Of a DNA stretch of 64,000 nt, positions 55,870 through 64,000 are shown in pieces (positions within the stretch are counted from its first letter, which is position 1; the number at the start of each line of letters is the position of its first letter). Origin of the DNA: Candidatus Woesearchaeota archaeon (lineage in GTDB: Archaea > Nanobdellota > Nanobdellia > Pacearchaeales > GW2011-AR1); the NCBI GenBank assembly GCA_964598185.1, contig CAZRAT010000001.1, forward strand, positions 3,419 to 67,418, given 5' to 3'. The translations under genes and the position numbers were made by a program. The notes under the pieces were generated by a model. That model worked only from the letters and a program-made list of their open reading frames with translations. It was not told the DNA's origin and ran no database searches.

Positions 55870-57168
55870 CTAAGGATTCATCCTTGTCATTGTCCTTGGA
55901 AAAGCAATCGCATCTTTAATTGTATCTAAACCACAAATCCACGCAATAACTCTTTCAACACCAAGACCATAACCTCCATGAGGAACAGTTCCATACCGAC
56001 GAGTATCAAGATAAAAATCGTATTTTGAAACATCCTCGCCTTTCTCTTTCAAATTCTTTTTTATTTTTTCAATATCTTCTTCTCGCTGTGAAGCCCCAAT
56101 TAACTCGCCATAACCTTCAGGTCCAATAACATCAAAACCAAGAACAACCTTTGGATTACCTGGTGCTTCTTTCATATAAAACGCCTTAACTTTTTTTGGA
56201 TAATGAGTTACAATTATTGGAAGGTCATACAACTTGCTCAACTTATCTTCTTCAATAGTTCTCAAATCTTTTCCCCATGATACTTTCATCTTTCCCTTTT
56301 CCTTCAAAATTTTCAAAGCATCATCATAAGTCATTCGCGGGAATTTCTTTTTTATCACAGGTTCTAATTTTTTAACATCTCTCTCTAAAATTTCTAAATC
56401 AGTTTTATTTTTCTCAAAAACTTTTTTAAGAATAAATTTTATCAATTGCTCAGCATCATCCTGAAGATAATTAAAATCCTCCCAAGCAACTTCCATCTCA
56501 GCCATCCACAACTCTGTTAAATGTCTAGAAGTTTTTGATTTCTCTGCCCTAAATGCAGGTTGTATTGTGAAAATTTTCTCCAAAGAAAAAATCGCAGGTT
56601 CAGCATGCAATTGCCAAGTTTGTGAAAGATAAATCGGTTTTCCAAAATAATCTACTTTAAACAGCGTCGAACCCCCTTCACATTGCATTCCAATAAAAAT
56701 AGGACTATGGTATTCGTAAAAGCCTTTTTTCCTCCAATGTTCTCTAATTGCTTTAAGAACAGTATCACGAATTTTTAAAATAGACGTCATCTTTCTACTT
56801 CTCAACCACAAATGCCTTCTATCTCCAAGCAACTCTTCATTCAAATCTTTATTTATCGGAAACTCGTTTGCAAATCCAATAATATTAATTTTTCCAACCT
56901 GAACTTCAAAACCAGTAGGTGCACGTTTGTCTTTTTTTATTTCTCCAAAAATTTCAACAGAACTTTCAACCTGAAGTTTATCAATTTCTTCCCACTGCTT
57001 TTCAAATTTTTCCCTAACCAAAACACATTGAATAATTTCTGTAGAATCTCTCAAAATAATAAACTTCATTTTATTAGAACCTCGCGCCCGATAAATCCAA
57101 CCATGCAAAGCTACTTTTCCTTTTCCATTTTTCATTGCTTCTTGAATAGATAAAAATTTTTCTTTCAT
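55870..57168 (-). CDS. asnS: asparagine--tRNA ligase
   Basis: OB domain, RHLWLRS, EGG..LF, FRAEKS.T.RHL.E, GYGELIG.SQR, GLGVER. Confidence 0.93.
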   Translation of the reverse strand: MKEKFLSIQEAMKNGKGKVALHGWIYRARGSNKMKFIILRDSTEIIQCVLVREKFEKQWEEIDKLQVESSVEIFGEIKKDKRAPTGFEVQVGKINIIGFANEFPINKDLNEELLGDRRHLWLRSRKMTSILKIRDTVLKAIREHWRKKGFYEYHSPIFIGMQCEGGSTLFKVDYFGKPIYLSQTWQLHAEPAIFSLEKIFTIQPAFRAEKSKTSRHLTELWMAEMEVAWEDFNYLQDDAEQLIKFILKKVFEKNKTDLEILERDVKKLEPVIKKKFPRMTYDDALKILKEKGKMKVSWGKDLRTIEEDKLSKLYDLPIIVTHYPKKVKAFYMKEAPGNPKVVLGFDVIGPEGYGELIGASQREEDIEKIKKNLKEKGEDVSKYDFYLDTRRYGTVPHGGYGLGVERVIAWICGLDTIKDAIAFPRTMTRMNP

Positions 57169-57869
57169 TTTAAAATTCTCTTTATATTTTCTTTAGTTAT
57201 TAATTTATATTCTCTTCTATTTAAATTAAGAGTATCTATCATTGCTAATGAAACTCTTGGATCACCAAATGGATAATCACTTCCAAAAATAATTCTTTCT
57301 GCTCCGAATTTATCATAAATTTTTTTTAAAATAATTGCATATTGTATTCCTGAAGTTTCAAAATAAACATTCTTTGGAAAATCATAGTTATCTATCTTAA
57401 AAAAAGTTTTAGTTACAGCGCCTGAATGAACAGCAATAACAGGGACTTTAACTTTCATTGCTAATTTAGAAACTGTCCCAAGATTAGAAAATTCTTTACT
57501 TTCATTTGTATGAACAAAAACAGGAAGATTAATTTTATTTACAAATTTTACAACTTTTTGATTATCAATATCTATTTTTCCAATATCCGGATGAAATTTA
57601 ATTGCCCTATATTTCTTATTTATCTCATTAGGTAAATCAAAAAAATTAAACCAGTAAATTGGAATTATTGATTTGTTTTTTTTTGCTTCATTTAAAACAG
57701 AATTATTATCTGGAGTTGTTTTGTCAGTAAAATTTTTAGGCAATCCTATTGGAACAAGACAATATTTTTCTATGCCCACTTTCTTTGCTATTTTTTTATA
57801 TTCAATAAAATTTCCCCATTCTTTTCCCTTAAAAGGGATAGAACCTAAATGCAAATGTGCATCTATCAT
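57165..57869 (-). CDS. amidohydrolase-2 family TIM-barrel metal hydrolase
   Basis: IDAHLH, KFHP, VH, H.G, FGSDYP. Confidence 0.85.
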   Translation of the reverse strand: MIDAHLHLGSIPFKGKEWGNFIEYKKIAKKVGIEKYCLVPIGLPKNFTDKTTPDNNSVLNEAKKNKSIIPIYWFNFFDLPNEINKKYRAIKFHPDIGKIDIDNQKVVKFVNKINLPVFVHTNESKEFSNLGTVSKLAMKVKVPVIAVHSGAVTKTFFKIDNYDFPKNVYFETSGIQYAIILKKIYDKFGAERIIFGSDYPFGDPRVSLAMIDTLNLNRREYKLITKENIKRILK

Positions 57870-57870
57870 T

Positions 57871-59142
57871 TTATGGAGTCAACCTATCCCTATCTCTTGG
57901 GAACAAAACAGCTTCCCTGATATTATTTAATTCAAGAAGTGTTTGAGTAAATCTTTCTAATCCTATACTCCAACCAGCATGAGGAGGAGCACCAAATCTA
58001 AAACTATCAATATAACTTTTGAAATCTTTAGGATTAAGCCCTTTTTTCTTTAACAATTTTTCAAGAAGTTCAGGGATATGCACTCTTTGTCCTCCACTTG
58101 ATATCTCTACCCCCTTGTAAAGTGCATCAAAGCCCTCTGTTAATTTCGCATTAGCGTCTTCGTCTTTTCGCATAATATAAAATCCTCTTTGTTCAGAAGG
58201 CCAAGTATGTGTAAAAACAATGTCTCCGTCATACATCTCGCAAAGTTTTTTTTCTTGTTCTGGTGTAAAATCGTCTCCAATTTTTCCACCAACTTTTTTT
58301 ATTGCATCTGCGTAGTTTAAATAATGCGCCTTAGGAACTTTTAATTTAACTCCAATTTTTTCCAAATCTTCTTTATGTTCTTTTATTATTTTTTTAACAA
58401 TATATTGTACAACCAATTCTAATTCCTTCATAATAGACATTTGATCTGCAAAAGCAATTTCAATATCCATTTGTCTTGATTCATTCAAATGTCTAATGGT
58501 ATTATGTTTTTCTGCTCTCCAAACAGGAGTTATTGTAACAACTTTTTCCATAGCACAAGCAACCATTTGTTTATATAATTGAGGAGATTGAGCAAGGAAT
58601 GCATCTTTTTCAAAATATTTTAATTTGTATAACTCGGTTCCTCCTTCACTAGAACTACCTATTATTGAAGGGGGTTGAAATTCAATATGGCCTCTATTTA
58701 CAAAATATTCTCTAAACGCCATTGAAATTGTTGATTGAATCCTAAAAATTGCCTGAGTTTTTTGACGATGTAAATCCAAAAACCGATAATCTAATCTCTT
58801 AGATAAATCCGTAGAAGTTGTTTTTTCATTCACATGAATCGGGAGCTTCTCTGCCTTGCTAATTATTTTAAAATCACTAACACTCACTTCAACATCCTTC
58901 CTAACATATTCTGCTTTAACATTTGCTTTTTTAACTTCTCCTTCCACTTCAACCACACTCTCTAAACTTAATTCAGAAATTTTATTCATCAATTCTTTAT
59001 CTTTGATTATGCATTGAACAATTCCAGAAGAATCCCTTAATAAAAGAAATTTTAATTTAGCCAAGTCCCTAATTTCATAAACCCACCCTTTTAACAAAAC
59101 CTTTTTTCCTACTTTAATATCCTTAACATACTCTCTCTTCAT
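57871..59142 (-). CDS. aspS: aspartate--tRNA ligase (archaeal type, probably discriminating)
   Basis: GWVYEIRD, LAQSPQLYKQ, EISSGGQR, PPHAG..GLER, FPRD. Confidence 0.93.
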   Translation of the reverse strand: MKREYVKDIKVGKKVLLKGWVYEIRDLAKLKFLLLRDSSGIVQCIIKDKELMNKISELSLESVVEVEGEVKKANVKAEYVRKDVEVSVSDFKIISKAEKLPIHVNEKTTSTDLSKRLDYRFLDLHRQKTQAIFRIQSTISMAFREYFVNRGHIEFQPPSIIGSSSEGGTELYKLKYFEKDAFLAQSPQLYKQMVACAMEKVVTITPVWRAEKHNTIRHLNESRQMDIEIAFADQMSIMKELELVVQYIVKKIIKEHKEDLEKIGVKLKVPKAHYLNYADAIKKVGGKIGDDFTPEQEKKLCEMYDGDIVFTHTWPSEQRGFYIMRKDEDANAKLTEGFDALYKGVEISSGGQRVHIPELLEKLLKKKGLNPKDFKSYIDSFRFGAPPHAGWSIGLERFTQTLLELNNIREAVLFPRDRDRLTP

Positions 59143-59178
59143 ATCTCTTAAAGAAAAAAACAATTTATTAACTTTTGG

Positions 59179-60606
59179 TTATTTGATAAATTTCTTAATA
59201 ATTTCCATTGCAAACTTTCCGTCAATCCTTCCTGCAAATTCTTTCATCACCAAACCCATATAGGCTTTATCAGAAAGCCCAGGCTTGCTCTGAATAATTT
59301 TCATAATCTTTTCCTCAACATTCTCTAAATCTTCTTTTTCAAATTTAATGGCCTCACTAACATCAACCCCTCTAGCAATTCTTTCTAAACTTTCTTTTAT
59401 CTGTCTTTCATTAATCTTCCCTTTTTTATATTTCTCTAAAATAAATACAAGAATATCTCTCCCAAGTTTCTTTCTTACTTTTATTTTCTTCTCAATCTCC
59501 TTTGGAAACACCAAAAGAACTTTCGCAACCAATTGCGGATTATTCACAATTTCCAACAACTCTCTAAACTCCTCCAGTTTATTCATCTTGAAAATCAATT
59601 TAATCATTTCGTAGTTCAACCCCTTATGGCTCAATTCCTCTTCAATATCTTTTCTTAATCTAGGAATATTTTTCTTAACTTCATTAATTAAATCTCTAGA
59701 AATTTTCAGCATAGGCAAATCAGTTTCAGGATACATTCTCGCTGAACCAGGAAGAGGCCTCAAAAAAATAGTTGTAGTATCAGGATTTCCACGTCGAACT
59801 TCTGCAACAGATTTTTTCTCTTTCACTAAATTAATCTGTCTTTCAATTTCATTATTAATAGTTGGAACAATTAATTTCAAATCCTGAACTCCTTTCATTT
59901 CAACTCTTTCTCCACCTTTTATTGAAACACTAACATCTTGCCGAATTGTCCCAATCCCACGAAGAACTTTACAACTCCTTAAAATCTCTCCAATCTTCAA
60001 CCCAACATTCTTAGCCTGTTCAGGAGTTTTAATATCAGGAGCCGTCACAACTTCAACTAAAGGAATCCCCAACCTATCTAACCTGTAAATCGTTTCTTTA
60101 TCTTTTCGCTCTACAATTCTCGCAGCATCTTCTTCAAGAATCACTGCACTAATACCAACTCTTCCCTCTTCAGTCTCAACATAACCATCCTCTGCAATTA
60201 AAACAGTTCTCTGAAAACCAGAAGTATTTGAACCATCAATAACTGTCTTTCGCATAATTTGAGTTAAAGGTAAAATCTTACAATTCAACAAAAGAGAAAT
60301 CTGCAAAGCAATCTTCAACGCATCTTTATTTATTTCGTGCGGCGGCTCTTCGTCCAACTCAACCAAACAAGTCGTATCATAACCTTGATAAATAAATTCT
60401 TTATCTTTTGTCTTCTCATATTCAGCCGCAACATCAACTACCCCAGACTCTCCTGCAACAGCATTAAGTTTTCTTTTAATAATAAAATCTGGCTCGTCCT
60501 TCCTTAAAACACTCTGACATTCACAAAATAATTTTTTAGTGTCAAGTTGCTGATGAATTTCCAAGCCACATTTAAAACCTAATTCTTGATAATTAATTTC
60601 TTCCAT
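59179..60606 (-). CDS. gatE: Glu-tRNA(Gln) amidotransferase subunit E, short form
   Basis: GLEIHQQL, DGSNTSGFQRT, DRLGIPLVE, GTIRQD, RMYPETD. Confidence 0.95.
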   Translation of the reverse strand: MEEINYQELGFKCGLEIHQQLDTKKLFCECQSVLRKDEPDFIIKRKLNAVAGESGVVDVAAEYEKTKDKEFIYQGYDTTCLVELDEEPPHEINKDALKIALQISLLLNCKILPLTQIMRKTVIDGSNTSGFQRTVLIAEDGYVETEEGRVGISAVILEEDAARIVERKDKETIYRLDRLGIPLVEVVTAPDIKTPEQAKNVGLKIGEILRSCKVLRGIGTIRQDVSVSIKGGERVEMKGVQDLKLIVPTINNEIERQINLVKEKKSVAEVRRGNPDTTTIFLRPLPGSARMYPETDLPMLKISRDLINEVKKNIPRLRKDIEEELSHKGLNYEMIKLIFKMNKLEEFRELLEIVNNPQLVAKVLLVFPKEIEKKIKVRKKLGRDILVFILEKYKKGKINERQIKESLERIARGVDVSEAIKFEKEDLENVEEKIMKIIQSKPGLSDKAYMGLVMKEFAGRIDGKFAMEIIKKFIK

Positions 60607-60656
60607 AAAAAAACAAAGAAGAACGAGTTTATTAATTTTGGGGAGAAATTAAATAA

Positions 60657-60899
60657 TTAATCTTTTTTAATTACAATCTTTGACTTTTTAAAAAAAGCAA
60701 TAATTCTTGATTCCAAATTATCTGGCATTTCTTTTAAAACCAGATTCCCTTTTTTGTTTTCTCTCTTAATTTTCTTTAATTGTAGAAAAACTTCTGATTC
60801 TATTAAATCTAATCTATTATGTTGTTTTGATCTTTCTAATCCTTCAAAATAAACATACTTCTTCAAAACTGAATTGTAAACAATATTATATCTTTTCAT
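60657..60899 (-). CDS. hypothetical small basic protein
   Basis: 80-aa ORF downstream of the AbiEii-like gene. Confidence 0.45.
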   Translation of the reverse strand: MKRYNIVYNSVLKKYVYFEGLERSKQHNRLDLIESEVFLQLKKIKRENKKGNLVLKEMPDNLESRIIAFFKKSKIVIKKD

Positions 60900-60925
60900 T
60901 TTATATTATAAATATTAAAGAAAAT

Positions 60926-61753
60926 TTAAATTAAATTAAGTATTTTATTTTTATCCTTTTTTTTATCATATCTAAATCTTGGAAGCAAATCAAAATTAAC
61001 TTTTCTATCAAAATCAAGATAATCATTTTTTAAGGCATAATTTAATAATTTATCAAGTGCTTTTTCTCTTTGTAAAGGATCAACTTCCCTTATTAACAAA
61101 TTTATATTATTCATAATTGTTGATAATTGATATCCTCCTTTATCTTCTTTTGAAGAGTATTTTAACACTTTTTCTTTTATTCCTAAGGGGGATTCAAATT
61201 CATCTAAAAGATTTATTAAATGGGGAAATGTTTGGAAAAGTTTTATTTTCTTCTTTTCTTCTCCTTCACTAAAAAACCACTCAAACATTTTCGTTACTAA
61301 AGAAGTATTTGAGGTTATTCTTGGACATTTAGCAAATAAATAAGAAAGTTTATTCATATTTATCTCATTAAGGTTCTTTAGAGTAAGTATGTCATAAAAA
61401 TCTTTTTCCCGAGGAGTATCTCTTGCACAAGTTTTAGTGAGAGTGAGAAAATTTCCATCCAAAAAAAAATATTGTTTTCCCTTTAAATTAACAGATGAAA
61501 CATATTTTTTTACTTCTGAAAGAGATAAGGAAGTTACAAATGAAACATCTTTTTTCATAAAAGTATGAATTGGGTAAGATTCATCTTCAAATGCAAGAAT
61601 ATCCAAATCAGAAAGAAATCTTTTTTCTTCGGTTTGGTTTTTTTCTTGATGTAATCTAACTGCAGTTCCTCCTGTAAAAGCATATTTAATTTCCTCTCTT
61701 TTCAATTGGGGAAACTTTTCTACAAATTGAGCCAAACTTTCTAGAGTTTCCAT
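60926..61753 (-). CDS. AbiEii/MenT-like nucleotidyltransferase
   Basis: GGTA...R..SDLD...K....REKDFYD. Confidence 0.7.
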   Translation of the reverse strand: METLESLAQFVEKFPQLKREEIKYAFTGGTAVRLHQEKNQTEEKRFLSDLDILAFEDESYPIHTFMKKDVSFVTSLSLSEVKKYVSSVNLKGKQYFFLDGNFLTLTKTCARDTPREKDFYDILTLKNLNEINMNKLSYLFAKCPRITSNTSLVTKMFEWFFSEGEEKKKIKLFQTFPHLINLLDEFESPLGIKEKVLKYSSKEDKGGYQLSTIMNNINLLIREVDPLQREKALDKLLNYALKNDYLDFDRKVNFDLLPRFRYDKKKDKNKILNLI

Positions 61754-61868
61754 AAATAAAAGATAATTAAAATATTTATAAACCTTTCTATTTGTAACCC
61801 CTTAACAATCGTAACTATCTTAACTAATTCTCACAAAACTTTATAAAAAACATTTCTCAATAACTTAT

Positions 61869-62264
61869 ATGAAAAAAGTGGCAAAGAATCATAAAGACCT
61901 TCCACACATTTTTAGAATTCCAAAAACACTCGGACAAAAATCCGCAGATCTTATTACAAAATGGGCAGGAAGCTGGACATTTATTTTCGGATTCTTCATA
62001 TTTCTCGCAATCTGGATGGCAACCAATGGATATTTTCTTTTAAGATATTTCAAAGAAGGAATCACAGACCCTTACCCTTTTATTTTATTAAATCTGTGTC
62101 TATCTTGTCTTGCAGCAATCCAAGCACCAATAATTTTAATGTCTCAAAATAGGGAAGCCCAAAGAGAAAGAATAAAATCAGACTACGATTACCAGATAAA
62201 CAAAAAAGCAGAAAAAGAAATTAGAGAAATAAAAAATTTATTAATAAAAAGAAATAAAAAATAA
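61869..62264 (+). CDS. DUF1003 membrane protein
   Basis: GSW.FI, DPYPFILLNL.LS..AA.QAPIILMSQNR. Confidence 0.92.
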   Translation: MKKVAKNHKDLPHIFRIPKTLGQKSADLITKWAGSWTFIFGFFIFLAIWMATNGYFLLRYFKEGITDPYPFILLNLCLSCLAAIQAPIILMSQNREAQRERIKSDYDYQINKKAEKEIREIKNLLIKRNKK

Positions 62265-63521
62265 TCACTGCAACCGATTATTTAATTCTCTAGAAATATT
62301 TTCCAACATCAACTTCTTAACTTCTTCTTTTTTATTGGTTTTTCCTAAAACCCAACCCAACTTCACCAACGCTGTTTCACTTAACATGTCCTCCAGATAA
62401 ATAACTCCTGTCTTCAATAACTCTCTCCCATTTGAATAAACCAACGGGTCAACTCTTCCATAAATACACTGCGAAACAGCACAAACAACCAAATCCTTTT
62501 CAATAACGTCTTTCAATTTTTTTGTCCAACCATCCCTCGATCTTTTTGTAGGCACATGCCCCAACCCACTCATCTCCAAAACAACACCCTTGTATTTTTT
62601 CTTCAAATAAAAATCCAAGATTTCTGGATTTTGCCCAGGATAAACTTTCACTAAAGCAACCTTCTCCTCGAAATTCAAATCCAACTTAACCTTTCTTTTG
62701 TTCCTAAAATTATAATCTGAAATTTTATCCATTCTATCTAGAAAAATTTTAGCAAAAGGTTTAGCATTTACAACTTTAAACGCGTCCCTCTTTGAAGTAT
62801 GCAACTTCCTAACTTTTGTTCCAGGCATTGCATAACAAAAATCATCATTTGACGACGCGTGTCCAACAATCATAACTTCTGCCATATCTGAAATAGCCGC
62901 CAACGCAGCACACTGTAAATTCAAGTTAGCGTCGCTTGATGCCCTATCTATACTTCTTTGACTATAAGTTAAAACAACTGGCTTGTTCAAATCTTTCAGG
63001 AAAAAACTCAACGCAGCAGAAGTGTAATGCAAAAAATCAGTCCCATGCGTAACAATAACTCCTTTAATGTTTGGGTCATTCAAAAGTTTCTCAGCAGTTC
63101 GAGCAATCTTCTGCCAATCCTTAAAATCCATATCTTCTGACGCTTTCATAAACGGCACCTCAACTTTCACAACATTAACTTTGTCAAAAACACTTGGATA
63201 AAACTTAAATAAATCTTCTGGTTTTTCAAGGGGATCAACACCTCCTGTTTTCGAATCTAAACGAGCCGCAATTGTCCCTCCAGTAATGATCATCGCAACA
63301 TTCGGTTTGTCCTCTTTTCTTTTAATCACAATTTCTTCTTTCTCTTCTACAAATTTTTTCACAACTTGAATTTCCAAAATATCTTTTTTATTCAATCCAA
63401 TATTATAACCAGAATCCAATTTAAGCAAAACAATGCCAGGCTCAGGATTTTCTAACAAAATTCCTTCATAATCTTTTTTTGTCAAAACTACCTTAACACA
63501 ATCTCCAGTATTTGCTTTCAT
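62265..63521 (-). CDS. gatD: Glu-tRNA(Gln) amidotransferase subunit D
   Basis: KLDSGYNIG, TGGTI, HGTD, SQRS.DR, VYSNGR. Confidence 0.95.
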   Translation of the reverse strand: MKANTGDCVKVVLTKKDYEGILLENPEPGIVLLKLDSGYNIGLNKKDILEIQVVKKFVEEKEEIVIKRKEDKPNVAMIITGGTIAARLDSKTGGVDPLEKPEDLFKFYPSVFDKVNVVKVEVPFMKASEDMDFKDWQKIARTAEKLLNDPNIKGVIVTHGTDFLHYTSAALSFFLKDLNKPVVLTYSQRSIDRASSDANLNLQCAALAAISDMAEVMIVGHASSNDDFCYAMPGTKVRKLHTSKRDAFKVVNAKPFAKIFLDRMDKISDYNFRNKRKVKLDLNFEEKVALVKVYPGQNPEILDFYLKKKYKGVVLEMSGLGHVPTKRSRDGWTKKLKDVIEKDLVVCAVSQCIYGRVDPLVYSNGRELLKTGVIYLEDMLSETALVKLGWVLGKTNKKEEVKKLMLENISRELNNRLQ

Positions 63522-63637
63522 AGAAAAGGGTGTTTTATAATATATAAAAAACTATTGATTAAATATACTAATTTAGTTATAACTTAATAGGAGTAATAAA
63601 TAGAAAGATTTATAAATAAAAAACTTTTAAGATAAAT

Positions 63638-63889
63638 ATGACATACAAAAATTCAGCAATAAATCAAAGAAAAAAAGAAAAAACATTAAGAAAGTACATT
63701 ATAGACAGCGCTTTAATTCTTGCAGCAGTAGGAGCAATAGGGTATGGGGGATATACTCTTTTCAATAAAGCTAATACTCAAGTTAATCTTGAACAAAGTA
63801 AATTAGAACAAACTCTAAACAAAGAAACTACAGAAGATAATAAATTAAGAGAATTAACAGGCGGTTATAATCCTTATTCAAGAGATTAA
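63638..63889 (+). CDS. hypothetical single-TM protein
   Basis: 83 aa with one TM helix. Confidence 0.5.
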   Translation: MTYKNSAINQRKKEKTLRKYIIDSALILAAVGAIGYGGYTLFNKANTQVNLEQSKLEQTLNKETTEDNKLRELTGGYNPYSRD

Positions 63890-63890
63890 A

Positions 63891-63907
63891 TGCACCCTCG
63901 AGGATTC
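63891..63907 (-). repeat. isolated tRNA 3'-end fragment (GAATCCTCG-AGGGTGC-A)
   Basis: tgcaccctcgaggattc, broken at the T-loop by a non-tRNA segment. Confidence 0.55.
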
Positions 63908-64000
63908 AGTTCGCTTCGCTCTCGACTTCGTTTAATACAAAACCTATCTTGAAATTATTTTACATAAACCCACGGTTCGAATCTATGAGCTTGCGAGGAT

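Noticed and set aside
572..62152. Many 60-190 aa ORFs antisense to or nested in conserved genes (e.g. 42910-43494, 26143-26616, 10956-11321)
   Set aside because: Shadow ORFs of well-supported genes with no motifs

Overview
AT-rich chromosomal segment of a DPANN archaeon. The gene content and short leaderless-style intergenic spacers suggest Pacearchaeota/Woesearchaeota-like Nanoarchaeota; this is an inference. The window is mostly informational core genes: fen1, polB, topA, radB, ligase, mcm, RPA, tbp, tfs, rpoL, aRF1, aIF1A, aIF2-beta, rpl15e, valS, split metG, asnS, aspS, gatD/gatE, two cdc48, ftsZ, minD, scpB and tRNA/rRNA modification enzymes. It also has three intron-containing tRNAs (Lys-CTT, Ile-GAT, Asn-GTT) and scattered orphans. 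The most striking feature is a set of at least four families of 28-80 nt hairpin micro-elements showing stem covariation. They occur (i) as in-frame, stop-free insertions in conserved proteins (Trm5, PolB, NOP2-type methylase, ValRS, an MFS transporter, TYW3, an MBL hydrolase), (ii) in leaders, and (iii) inside short duplicated copies of tRNA 5' and 3' ends that flank the tRNA genes. A GNAT gene is also enclosed by segmented inverted repeats. Other oddities: a GGDEF diguanylate-cyclase-like gene (rare in archaea) split by one extra C and followed by a receiver domain; a PolB with His at the steric gate; a 57-bp perfect repeat between the two AAA domains of one cdc48; and an AbiEii/MenT-like nucleotidyltransferase inside the gatD-gatE region. 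No CRISPR array, transposase or integrase is seen.
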